A stretch of 32,000 bases of DNA, taken from Ktedonobacterales bacterium. GTDB taxonomy: Bacteria > Chloroflexota > Ktedonobacteria > Ktedonobacterales > JADMIN01. The stretch is taken from positions 2,730,001-2,762,000 of the forward strand of contig CP126532.1 of NCBI GenBank assembly GCA_030167145.1, given 5' to 3'. Below the pieces are notes generated by a model. The model had not been told where the DNA came from. It saw only the letters and a program-made list of their open reading frames with translations, and did no database searches. Within the stretch, counting starts at the first letter, position 1; each line of letters starts with the position of its first letter. This document shows, one piece after another, positions 23,343-31,394 of this stretch. Both the position numbers and the translations under genes were made by a program.

Positions 23343-24041
23343 ATGAACGAGGATGACCTGGATGGTATCGAAGAACGAGACTGGACCGTGCGGGCGTTGG
23401 TCTATACGTTCATTGCGCAACACGAACGCCCGCCAACCGTGGGTGAGGCTGCGGCGGCGCTTAACGTGACGCATGATCGCGTGGCGCTTGCCTTCCAACG
23501 CCTCAATCGCCGTCATGCTGTCTTCCTGGAGCCAGGCGCCCAGACGATTCGCATGGCGCACCCCTTCTCCGCTATCCCTACGTCCTTCTGGGTGCGGGCG
23601 AATGGCCACAGCTATTGGGCGAACTGCGCCTGGGATATGCTAGGCATTCCGGCCGCCCTGCACACGGACGCCGAGATCGAGGCGCGCGTGGCTGATACGC
23701 AGCATACCGGCGTCACGTTGGACGTCATCCAGAACCGTGTCCATGGGCATGGCGAGGTGGTCCACTTCCCGCTGCCATTTCATCAGTGGTACGACGATCT
23801 CGTCTTCACCTGAGCGACTATACTGCTCTTCCGGTCGGAAGATGAGGTGGATGCCTGGTGCGAGCGCATGGCGCGGCCACGTGGCGAGGTGTTGTCCCTG
23901 GATCAGACCTGGGAGCTGGCACAGCAGTGGTATCACGACCGCATGCGGCCGGACTTTCACGGGCGATCCGCCGAGCAGGCGCAACAGATATTTCAGCAGG
24001 TGGGCTTGCATTCGCCTGCGTGGTCGCTACACCCTGACTAA
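23343..24041 (+). CDS. alkylmercury lyase (MerB) family protein interrupted by one in-frame TGA (23811-23813): candidate selenocysteine codon or nonsense mutation
   Basis: Track ORFs 23322..23813 and 23847..24041 share a frame, and TGA is the only stop between them. YWANCAWDMLGIPAAL matches the MerB C96-x-x-D99 region. VFT-TGA-ATILLFRSEDEVDAW aligns without gaps to recalled MerB SFCCHVHFFASVPTAEDW, placing TGA on Cys159. ATG at 23343 is 8 nt after GAGAGGA. Confidence 0.7.
23827..23842 (+). other. SECIS-like hairpin (6-bp stem, GGUC loop) downstream of the in-frame TGA
   Basis: TCTTCC (23827-23832) pairs with GGAAGA (23837-23842), with loop GGTC at 23833-23836. The loop starts 19 nt after the TGA. 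Confidence 0.4.
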
Positions 24042-24126
24042 GTACCTGCGGCTCTATCCCGCAGACCTGTTGGGGGCGCGGACGGCGTGGTATGAGGCAG
24101 AACTGGCACCTACCAATGTAGTCTGA

Positions 24127-25218
24127 CTAGGGTTCGGGGGTGGGGTAGGACCAGGGGATGGGCGCGGGGGCGGCGGAGATGCCTTCTTGCTCGAAGCCCC
24201 AGTTGAGCAGGGTACGCATGTCGGTGATACGTATTTCCCAGCTTGGCTCGCCCAGGACGACGCCGACGATGAGGTGTCCGTGGCGGATGGCGGCGAACGC
24301 CTGGCAGTAGCCTGCGTTGCCGGTGAAACCGGGCTTGACGCCGATGGAGCCGGGGTAGGGTGAGCGCGCGCCAGCGATCAGGTCGTCGCCGGTTTCGAGG
24401 TCGTAGGCTTTGTGGGTGCTGGTCTTGGCGATGCTGTAGTGCTTGGTGGAGGTGATGGTGACGAGGATGGGGTTTTTCATGGCGACGCTGGCCAGGATTG
24501 CCAGTTCGCGGGCGGTGGTGTAGTGGCCGTCGGCGTCGAGGCCGTGGGGATTGGCGAAATGGGTGTGAGTGAGGCCAAGTTGCTGGGCGCGGGCGTTCAT
24601 CATGGCGACGAAGTTGGTGACGTTGCCGCCAATATCGTCGGCGATGGCGACGGCGGCATCGTTGCCGGAAGGGAGCATGAGGCCGTAGAGCAGGTCGTGC
24701 AGCGAGACCTTTTCGCCCGCGCTGAGGCCCATGTGGCTGTTGCCTGGTCCGGCGAGGGCGGCGGCGTCGGAGCCGATGGTGACGAGTTGATCGAGCGAGC
24801 CATGTTCGACGGCGAGCAGCGCGGTCATGATTTTGGTGCAGCTTGCCATGGGCAACTCGACATCGGCGCTTTTGGTGTAGAAGATGGCGTTCTGGTTGGG
24901 ATCGAAGACGAAAGCGGCTTTTGCTGTGACGGAGGGCGGCGGCAGGGTGGTGAGGCCGAGCGCGCCCGCGCCAATGGGGCTGCGCCGCAAGGCATCGGAG
25001 GAGACGCTGCCGGCCGCGAGGCTGAGACTGTAGAATAGGCCAACCAGGGGTACGATGAGCACCAGCAGCCAGGCGAAGACGCGCGTGACGGTGGCGCGAC
25101 GCAGTGAGAGTGTGTCGGGGGTATCTCTGGCAGGGGTGTCGTAATCGTCGTCGTAGTTGTCGGCATAGCTGTCGCTGATTAACACCTGTTTATGCACCGC
25201 CGTCCGTCCCTGAGCCAT
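24127..25218 (-). CDS. D-alanyl-D-alanine carboxypeptidase (serine peptidase S11 / low-MW PBP) with an N-terminal membrane anchor
   Basis: SxxK (ASCTK), SxN (PSGND) and a KTG-like motif (KPGFTG). ATG at 25218 is 7 nt after GGGAGG. The upstream 71 codons of the track ORF are discounted. Confidence 0.9.
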   Translation of the reverse strand: MAQGRTAVHKQVLISDSYADNYDDDYDTPARDTPDTLSLRRATVTRVFAWLLVLIVPLVGLFYSLSLAAGSVSSDALRRSPIGAGALGLTTLPPPSVTAKAAFVFDPNQNAIFYTKSADVELPMASCTKIMTALLAVEHGSLDQLVTIGSDAAALAGPGNSHMGLSAGEKVSLHDLLYGLMLPSGNDAAVAIADDIGGNVTNFVAMMNARAQQLGLTHTHFANPHGLDADGHYTTARELAILASVAMKNPILVTITSTKHYSIAKTSTHKAYDLETGDDLIAGARSPYPGSIGVKPGFTGNAGYCQAFAAIRHGHLIVGVVLGEPSWEIRITDMRTLLNWGFEQEGISAAPAPIPWSYPTPEP

Positions 25219-25399
25219 CGCGCGCCTCCCGCTTCCGCATGCCGTGACAACATCACGTAGTGTAGTCGCTGCTGGCGGGCGCGTCAAATTACCCCACCCA
25301 TGCTCCCAGTACGGTGGGGCATGTGCTACACTGGCGGGGACGGACAGCAATGTGGCGCGGCCAGATAGGGGAGTGGCAGATTCGGAGGAGGCGCCTATT

Positions 25400-25912
25400 A
25401 TGCCGGTATCGCTTGCCAATTCGCAGCGCATCTATGACGCGCTGAAAGCGTGTGATGTGAAGATCATCTCGGCGCTGCCCGAAACGTGGCTGGTGCATTT
25501 GATTCGCATGGCGGATGATGACCCGGAGATGACGCTGGTGCGTATCGCCAAGGAGGAAGAGGCCATCGGCATCTCGGCGGGGGCGCATCTGGCGGGGGTG
25601 CAGTCGGCGTGTTTGATGCAGAACCACGGGTTTCTGGCGGCGATCAACCCTATCGTGTCGCTGGCGCTGCTCTATAAGATTCCGCTGCTGATGCTGATTA
25701 GCTATCGCGGGCATATGGGCGAGAAGGATCCATGGCAGACGATGGGCGGGCTGACCACCGAGCCGCTGCTGCGGGCGTTGAACATTCCCATCTGGCATCT
25801 GGCCAATCCCGACGATGTTGCGCGGCGGCTCAAGGATGCGCAGACGTTGGCCAATGCGGCGTTGCATCCGGTGGCGGTGCTGTTGGCTCGCGAGCTGATG
25901 TGGGAGGATTGA
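25400..25912 (+). CDS. comD: sulfopyruvate/phosphonopyruvate decarboxylase family, alpha (ComD-like) subunit
   Basis: ATG at 25400 after GGAGGAGG. The sequence KEEEAIGISAGAHLAGVQSACLMQNHGFLAAINPIVSLALLYKIPLLMLISYRG is the TPP-enzyme N-terminal (PYR) domain pattern of ComD. Confidence 0.75.
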   Translation: MPVSLANSQRIYDALKACDVKIISALPETWLVHLIRMADDDPEMTLVRIAKEEEAIGISAGAHLAGVQSACLMQNHGFLAAINPIVSLALLYKIPLLMLISYRGHMGEKDPWQTMGGLTTEPLLRALNIPIWHLANPDDVARRLKDAQTLANAALHPVAVLLARELMWED

Positions 25913-25914
25913 CT

Positions 25915-26487
25915 ATGCTGCGCGCCGATGCCTTAGAGGCTATCTACCCGGACATCGCTGAGCATGTTGTGGTGACGATCATGGGCGCGGTCGCTGCTGA
26001 ACTCTATACGTTGGGCCACCGGCACAATTTCTTCTATTTGGAGCATGCGATGGGGCTGGCCTCTTCGATGGGGTTGGGGATCGCGCTGGCGCTGCCGGAG
26101 CGCAAGGTGGTGGTGGTTGATGGCGATGGCTCGCTGCTGATGAATCTGGGCACACTGAGCACGATGGCGCGTTACAAGCCAGGGAATCTGCTGCATGTGG
26201 TGTTCGATAATGAGAGCCTGCTCTCGGTCGGCGGGTTCCCCACGGCGACGGCCACCGGAGCGGATCTGGCGGGGGTCGCACGCGCCTGCGGCGTTCCGCG
26301 CGTCGTTGAGGCGGATACGCCGGATGCGCTGGCGGTCAGTGTGCGCGGCGCGCTGGCCAGCGATACATTGACCACCATCGTCAGCAAGGTGGAGGCGGTC
26401 GGGCCGAAGTCGTTCCACATGGATTTGCCGCTGCTGGAGAACCGATTTCAATTCAAGCGCGCGCTGGAACAGATGCGGGCGGGATAG
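25915..26487 (+). CDS. comE: sulfopyruvate/phosphonopyruvate decarboxylase family, beta (ComE-like) subunit
   Basis: ATG at 25915, 2 nt after the comD-like stop and preceded by GGGAGGA. TPP-binding motif GDGSLLMNLGTLSTMARYKPGNLLHVVFDNES. Confidence 0.75.
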   Translation: MLRADALEAIYPDIAEHVVVTIMGAVAAELYTLGHRHNFFYLEHAMGLASSMGLGIALALPERKVVVVDGDGSLLMNLGTLSTMARYKPGNLLHVVFDNESLLSVGGFPTATATGADLAGVARACGVPRVVEADTPDALAVSVRGALASDTLTTIVSKVEAVGPKSFHMDLPLLENRFQFKRALEQMRAG

Positions 26488-26501
26488 AACCTAACCCCCA
26501 G

Positions 26502-26622
26502 CCCCTTCCCTACCAGGGAAGGGGAGTAGAGAGCGGACAGTCGCAACCGCGCGACGGGCGCACGCCGTGCCAGGAGGGCGCACGCCGTGCGCCCCTACGA
26601 ATGGTGTGTGGGTGTGAAAGCC
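26502..26622 (+). repeat. approximately 120-bp composite repeat, copy A (hairpin CCCCTTCCCT-ACC-AGGGAAGGGG ... hairpin GGGCGCAC-GCC-GTGCGCCC ... CCTACGAATGGTGTGTGGGTGTGAAAGCC)
   Basis: Collinear with copy B at 29007-29122 in the same orientation. Roughly three quarters of positions are identical by eye. Confidence 0.8.
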
Positions 26623-26682
26623 TTGCCTACGTGGGTTGAGGAGAGACGTGGGAAGGATGCTGCCCGGTCATTGCGCTCCCCG

Positions 26683-26711
26683 TTGACGGCAAGATGGCAC
26701 CCCATTATACT
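26683..26711 (+). promoter_or_regulatory. candidate promoter TTGACG-N17-TATACT
   Basis: TTGACG at 26683-26688 and TATACT at 26706-26711, about 100 nt upstream of the small membrane-protein ORF. Confidence 0.45.
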
Positions 26712-26809
26712 GGCGCAAGCCAGTTACCTCTTGGCGCAGCGATGTGGCAACTGACAATCGAGCAGTTTTCACGGATCGTTCGCACACTTATGTGCTCAGG
26801 AGGGATGTG

Positions 26810-26986
26810 ATGAAGTTCGCTCTTATCGGCGTTGGGATTCTCGTCGTTCTGTTTGGGGTGTTGAATCATTCCAGCCACTATCTGAACGGCAGCCGCATGA
26901 GCACCATTATCGTTGCGGTTGGCGCGATCATTGCCGTGGTTGGCGTCGCGATGATGTTCATGGGCCGCAAGAGCAGCGCCGCCTAG
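26810..26986 (+). CDS. small (58 aa) two-TM membrane protein, hypothetical
   Basis: ATG at 26810, 5 nt after AGGAGGG. Two hydrophobic helices (FALIGVGILVVLFGVL and TIIVAVGAIIAVVGVAMMF). Lower G+C than the flanks. Confidence 0.5.
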   Translation: MKFALIGVGILVVLFGVLNHSSHYLNGSRMSTIIVAVGAIIAVVGVAMMFMGRKSSAA

Positions 26987-26998
26987 CTCGTCTGCCCA

Positions 26999-27047
26999 AG
27001 GGATGCGCGGTGGAACCTTTCTGCGCGGAGGTCCATCGCGCATCCCT
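26999..27047. terminator. long hairpin between convergent genes (possible bidirectional terminator)
   Basis: AGGGATGCGCG (26999-27009) pairs with CGCGCATCCCT (27037-27047). There is no strong U-tract, so the call is weak. Confidence 0.3.
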
Positions 27048-27051
27048 CATT

Positions 27052-28653
27052 CTATCCGGCTGTTACCGAGGTGCTTGCGCCATTGGCGAGCAGCCGTGTC
27101 TGCCAGTAGAACGCTCCGTCGCTGGCGCGCAATGCGGTGATGGTGTTGAACCTGGCCGTGCCCAATGAGAGACCTGACGCGCTATAGATTCCCTGGATGA
27201 AGACCACGCCTTGCGCTTCGGCCTCGGGCGTGAGCACGTAGTTCGCCTGCGCCTGCTGCCAGAGGCGTGCGCCGTCGCTCGCCTGGAACACGTAGAGCGT
27301 GTTGCGGCCACCAAGGTAGAGCGCGTCGTCGGTGATCAAGTTGGTATTCTGTCTGTTCGGCCCGAAGTTCTGGATGGTGTAGCAGGGCAGGGTACGCTGC
27401 CAGTGAATCGCGCCGGTGGCGGTATCCAGCGCGTAGAGTGTATCGGTGGGCGGATTGCCGGCCAGCGCGGGGTAGTTGCTACACGCGCTGCCGGGCACCT
27501 CCACATACACGACGCCATTACGCATGCCTTCGATGCTGACCGAAGCTTTGGGAAAGCGCCAGAGCAGCTTGCCATCAGCAGCACGCAGCGCCACCAGACC
27601 ATCGGACGGCTGGGAGCTGACGTAGACGGTGTCGTCCGTCACGGTGAGGGTGCAGGTGTTCGTGGTATCGCTGCTTGATGTGGGGGGAGCGTACCGCCAG
27701 AGAGGCTTGCCGTCGGCTATGCGGGTGGCGAGGGCATTGCCATCTTGCTCGCAGGTATAAAGTGTGTCGCCGTGAAGGACGTATTGATTTGTGGCGTAGG
27801 GGTAGACTGGCGCTGGCAGGGTTGTGGTGAGCAGGGCTGTTTTGCGGAGCATCGTGCCGTCGCTTATGTTCAGGGCTACTGATTGCCATATCGTCTGTTG
27901 GGTGGTCGGTTGGGGCGTGGAGTTTTCGGAGCTGATGACATAGAGCGTATCGCCGAGCACCTCGAAGGTATAGACGTTGAAGGGGTAGGAGTTATGCCAG
28001 AGCAGCGCGCCATCGGTGGCGCGGACTGCCGAGAGGACGCTCGTGGGACTGTTGTTGGTACTGCCATTGCTGTAGCCGAAGTTGTAGAGGATGCCGCCGA
28101 AGATGGCTGGCTGGGTGTTGAAGTCCAGCAGGCCGGGCACTGTCGTATGCCACAGTACCGTGCCATCGGACGCACGCGCCGCGACAAGCTGCTGATTCTG
28201 ACGGGCGCCGTCGCTGCTATAGGTCGCGCTGCTGGTATAGGTATAGATGACGCCGTTGGCCAGCAGCGGCGCACCGAGCATGATGTCTGGATGGTTCGCG
28301 GGGGCGCTGCGCCAGCGGATCGAGCCGTCGGTCGCGCGCAGGGCATGGAGGGCGCTCGCGCCGTCGCATTGCCAGACGCCGAGGAAATTGCGGGCGCAGA
28401 CGCTGCCGGTGACAAAGACATTGAGCGCGGCATCCACGGGCGCGGGGCGTGGCTGCGGGTCGTTATTGCCCCAGCCCACATGCCCGGTGACGGAGAGCAG
28501 CGCAAGGACTGAGGCGCTGGCGAGCGTGAGCGCGACGACGCGATAGGTGATTTTGCTCGCGCGCGCCGCGGCGGCGCGCGCGCCGAACGTCAGCGCCACC
28601 GCCAGGAGCAGTCCTAGCCCCGCCAACACCAGAACTTCGATCACCAGCGCCAT
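27052..28653 (-). CDS. PQQ-like (BamB/YVTN-type) beta-propeller repeat protein with an N-terminal TM anchor
   Basis: At least 8 repeats of the (D/T)G-x-x-x-W motif (DGSIRWRS, DGTVLWH, DGALLWH, DGKPLWRY, DGKLLWRF, TGAIHWQ, DGARLWQQ, DGAFYWQ). N-terminal helix VLVLAGLGLLLAVALTF. Confidence 0.85.
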   Translation of the reverse strand: MALVIEVLVLAGLGLLLAVALTFGARAAAARASKITYRVVALTLASASVLALLSVTGHVGWGNNDPQPRPAPVDAALNVFVTGSVCARNFLGVWQCDGASALHALRATDGSIRWRSAPANHPDIMLGAPLLANGVIYTYTSSATYSSDGARQNQQLVAARASDGTVLWHTTVPGLLDFNTQPAIFGGILYNFGYSNGSTNNSPTSVLSAVRATDGALLWHNSYPFNVYTFEVLGDTLYVISSENSTPQPTTQQTIWQSVALNISDGTMLRKTALLTTTLPAPVYPYATNQYVLHGDTLYTCEQDGNALATRIADGKPLWRYAPPTSSSDTTNTCTLTVTDDTVYVSSQPSDGLVALRAADGKLLWRFPKASVSIEGMRNGVVYVEVPGSACSNYPALAGNPPTDTLYALDTATGAIHWQRTLPCYTIQNFGPNRQNTNLITDDALYLGGRNTLYVFQASDGARLWQQAQANYVLTPEAEAQGVVFIQGIYSASGLSLGTARFNTITALRASDGAFYWQTRLLANGASTSVTAG

Positions 28654-28683
28654 TGTTGACTACCTTTCTCATCGCAGCAGAGT

Positions 28684-28825
28684 GGGCGGTTGAAACCGCG
28701 CCTGAATGGCGTGCCGCCGCTCCGCTGCGCTCACAGCCCGCTCCACTCCTACACGTCGCTAGCTGCGCCGCGTGCTGGCCCCGCCTGCGCGGGTTGGAAA
28801 CAGGAGTGCGCAGCACCGCATCTCA
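28684..28825. repeat. second copy of the composite repeat GGGCGGTTGAAACCGCGCC ... CCCGCCTGCGCGGG ... GGAAACAGGAGTGCGCAGCACC
   Basis: GGGCGGTTGAAACCGCGCC at 28684-28702 is identical to 21705-21723. CCCGCCTGCGCGGG at 28780-28793 matches 21746-21759. Confidence 0.7.
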
Positions 28826-29006
28826 CCGCACCCTTCGCCAGTATATACGCCAGTTTGCGTTGTGTTCGCACAGAGCGGGTTTGCAATGCGTGCGCGGATG
28901 CGACATAGTCAATGGGATGGCGGACCTACCCCGCAGCCCTGCCTCGGAACCCCGCCTCGGAACGGCTCAGCGGGGCTGCGCGCTCGGCGGGGCTTCGCTT
29001 CGCTTG

Positions 29007-29122
29007 CCCTTCCCTACGAGGGAAGGGGAGTTTAAAGAGCGTGCGGTTGAAAGCGGGCAACGGCGTCCGGCCAACGGGCGTCCGGTGGACGCCCCTACGG
29101 ATGGCGTGTGGGCGCGAAAGCC
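29007..29122 (+). repeat. approximately 120-bp composite repeat, copy B (hairpin CCCTTCCCT-ACG-AGGGAAGGG ... hairpin GGGCGTCC-GGT-GGACGCCC ... CCTACGGATGGCGTGTGGGCGCGAAAGCC)
   Basis: Collinear with 26502-26622. The second hairpin differs from copy A by paired (compensatory) changes, CAC/GTG versus TCC/GGA. Confidence 0.8.
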
Positions 29123-29142
29123 GCGCACGCGGTGGTGGCGAA

Positions 29143-29162
29143 GGCAGACAGGAATGTCCGCC
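29143..29162. repeat. GGCAGACA-GGAA-TGTCCGCC hairpin repeat copy
   Basis: The 28-nt block GAAGGCAGACAGGAATGTCCGCCCCACC (29141-29168) differs at 1 position from 14061-14088. Confidence 0.8.
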
Positions 29163-29232
29163 CCACCAGGCGACGCGCGGGTGGTTGAATGCCCTGGTGG
29201 GTACATATGCGGTAGTTGAGAAGGAGAGGGAC

Positions 29233-30033
29233 ATGCAAGGTTCTTACAGCTTCCAGCCGAATGTGCTGATGCAACTCCTCGACGATCTGGACTCTGGCGC
29301 GCTGAAGATTGTGGATCTGACGACGCCGCTTGGACCGGATACGGTGGTGATTGATCTGCCGCCGCAGTTCGCGCCGTCGCCGGGCCTGACGGTGACAGAG
29401 ATCGCGCGCTATGATGACCGGGGTCCAGCGTGGTATTGGAATACGCTGACTATGGGTGAGCATACCGGCACACATTTCGATGCGCCGATCCACTGGGTGA
29501 CGGGGAAGGATTTGCCCAACAATGCGACCGATACCATTCCGCCGCGCAAGTTCATCGGCCCGGCGTGCGTGATAGATGTGACGGCGGATGTAGCGCAGAA
29601 TCCCGATTTCTTGCTTTCGGTGGAGCGGGTGAAGGCATGGGAGGGCGAGCACGGGCGCATCTCGGCGGGGGCGTGGGTGCTGCTGCGCAGCGGCTGGAGC
29701 GCGCGCACCAGCAGAGATGCGTTCCTAAATGTGGGGGCGGACGGCGCGCATAGCCCTGGCTTCCATCAGGATACGTCGGCGTTTCTGGTGAATGAGCGCG
29801 ACATTTTGGGTGTAGGGGTGGAGACGGTGGGCACGGATGCAGGCCAGGCGGGCGGTTTTACGCCGCCGTTCCCGAATCATACGACGATGCACGGGGCGGG
29901 CAAGTTCGGCATCACGAGCTTGGTCAACCTGGACCAGTTGCCGCCGACGGGGGCTGTGGTGATCGCTGCGCCGCTGAAGATTATCGGGGGATCGGGCAGC
30001 CCGCTGCGGGTGATTGCTATCGCACCGGTGTAG
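29233..30033 (+). CDS. cyclase family protein (kynurenine formamidase-like fold)
   Basis: ATG at 29233 after AAGGAGAGGG. HxGTHxDxPxH motif (EHTGTHFDAPIHW). The first 107 codons of the track ORF lie in repeat DNA and are discounted. Confidence 0.9.
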   Translation: MQGSYSFQPNVLMQLLDDLDSGALKIVDLTTPLGPDTVVIDLPPQFAPSPGLTVTEIARYDDRGPAWYWNTLTMGEHTGTHFDAPIHWVTGKDLPNNATDTIPPRKFIGPACVIDVTADVAQNPDFLLSVERVKAWEGEHGRISAGAWVLLRSGWSARTSRDAFLNVGADGAHSPGFHQDTSAFLVNERDILGVGVETVGTDAGQAGGFTPPFPNHTTMHGAGKFGITSLVNLDQLPPTGAVVIAAPLKIIGGSGSPLRVIAIAPV

Positions 30034-30054
30034 ACCTCTCCCCCCGGCCCCCTC

Positions 30055-30060
30055 CCCTAC
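30055..30060. repeat. left target-site duplication CCCTAC
   Basis: An identical hexamer directly abuts both IS ends (30055-30060 and 31389-31394). Confidence 0.7.
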
Positions 30061-31388
30061 TGTATAGACCGGAGACATCCTTTACAGGTGTTCGGGGACA
30101 TAGTTGACAACAGAGCGCTGTTTAGAAACAGGATACACGCCGTGCGAACGGGTGTCCAGGGAGGCGATCCAGTGGTCGGCAAAGTAGACGGCCAGCATCC
30201 CATCCACATCGGTGGGGGCCAAGGCGATGGGCTGGCCGACAAAAGCGCCGCCGACATGGTAGGCCTGCCCCTGCCAACTGATCCAGCCCTCCTGCTGGAC
30301 TTTGCGCACGGTCGCGGAGGCGGCGTACTCTACGGGCGGCAACGTCTCGGGGAAGGGGCGCGGACTGGGCGTATAGTGGCGGGCCGGCACGGTGAGACCC
30401 AGTGCTTCATGGGGCCGCTCCGTGTTATAGACCTGACGCCAGGTGTCGAAGACGGCTTGGGCGTGTGTCAGGTCGTGCAGCGGCTGGGCGAGGGCTTCGG
30501 CGCGCAGGGTGCGGTGGAAGCGCTCGTCCTTGCCCTGGGTTTGGGGATGACGGGGACGGCCATGCCGCACCGTGACGCCCAGGCGCACCAGCCAGACACT
30601 CAGGCGGGTCCAGGGCGTGGGTCCGCCCGCACTCCCCCAGGGCGCGCCGTGGTCACACAGGATACGGCGGGGCAGGCCATAGGTGCGAAAGAGCGTGGTC
30701 AAGGCGGCTTGCACGGTCGCGTGCTGCTCATTGGCGCAGGCCAACACGCCCACGGCAAAGCGCGAATGGTCGTCGAGCACCGTCAAGGGATGACACCGCT
30801 GGCCGCCGCCGGGGTGGGCCGTCAAGGGCAGATGCCCCTGAAAATCCATTTGCCACAGTTCATTGGGAGCGGCATAGGTAAAGCGCTGGGGCGGCGGACG
30901 GCGGTGCGGGGCGCGGTCCGCTGGGGCCAGCAAGCCGTGCCGCTGCAAGATCGCGGTGATCGTGCTGGCGGCGGGGACGGGCTGGTCGGGCGCCAGCACC
31001 TGCAACCGCGCCCGCAGTTTCCGTCCGCCCCAGGCGGGATGCTGGGCGCGCAACGCCAGCACGCGCTGCTCCAGGGCGGCGGCGGTGCGGGTGGGACTGG
31101 TCGTCGGGCGGCGCGACCGCTCAGCCAGTCCCGCGCTCCCCGCCTGCTGAGCGCGGGCCACCCACTTGTAGCCCGTGGGACGACTGATCCCGAACTGGGC
31201 GCACAGCGCGCTCAGGTTGACGTCAGGCTGCGACGCCTGCGCCACAAAGGCCAAACGAAGGGACATGGCTGATGACTCCTGCCACGGCATGGGCAACCTC
31301 CAAACAGTGTTCCTGACTCGCGGAATAGCACTGCTTGGATGTAAACCATGTCTCCGAACGTGTGTAAACCATGTCCCCGGTCTATACA
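30061..31388 (-). mobile_element. IS481-family insertion sequence (1328 bp), apparently intact
   Basis: Ends TGTATAGACCGGAGACAT (30061-) and ATGTCCCCGGTCTATACA (-31388) form inverted repeats that extend about 50 bp with a few mismatches and contain repeated GACATnGTTTACA motifs. There is a single DDE transposase ORF and 6-bp direct repeats CCCTAC. TGT...ACA termini are typical of IS481. Confidence 0.85.
30082..31290 (-). CDS. IS481-family transposase (HTH plus rve/DDE integrase core)
   Basis: Start MPWQESSAMSLRLAFV at 31290 (the MPW... start is recalled as common in this family). HTH FGISRPTGYKWVAR. DDE residues in WQMDFQG, LCDHGAPW and HPQTQGKDERFHRTL. The track ORF start at 31416 lies outside the IS and is discounted. 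Confidence 0.9.
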   Translation of the reverse strand: MPWQESSAMSLRLAFVAQASQPDVNLSALCAQFGISRPTGYKWVARAQQAGSAGLAERSRRPTTSPTRTAAALEQRVLALRAQHPAWGGRKLRARLQVLAPDQPVPAASTITAILQRHGLLAPADRAPHRRPPPQRFTYAAPNELWQMDFQGHLPLTAHPGGGQRCHPLTVLDDHSRFAVGVLACANEQHATVQAALTTLFRTYGLPRRILCDHGAPWGSAGGPTPWTRLSVWLVRLGVTVRHGRPRHPQTQGKDERFHRTLRAEALAQPLHDLTHAQAVFDTWRQVYNTERPHEALGLTVPARHYTPSPRPFPETLPPVEYAASATVRKVQQEGWISWQGQAYHVGGAFVGQPIALAPTDVDGMLAVYFADHWIASLDTRSHGVYPVSKQRSVVNYVPEHL

Positions 31389-31394
31389 CCCTAC
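31389..31394. repeat. right target-site duplication CCCTAC
   Basis: See 30055-30060. Confidence 0.7.

Noticed and set aside
24046-24064. Hairpin CTGCGG-N7-CCGCAG between the convergent MerB-like and carboxypeptidase genes, considered as a terminator
   Set aside because: The stem is only 6 bp and there is no U-tract on either strand. This is insufficient support.
28653-29232. Plus-strand ORFs 28653..29219, 28690..28908 and 28772..29035, and the first 107 codons of 28912..30033
   Set aside because: They lie entirely in repeat-laden intergenic DNA and have Arg/Ala/Pro-rich low-information translations. The cyclase homology begins at ATG 29233, which has a strong RBS.
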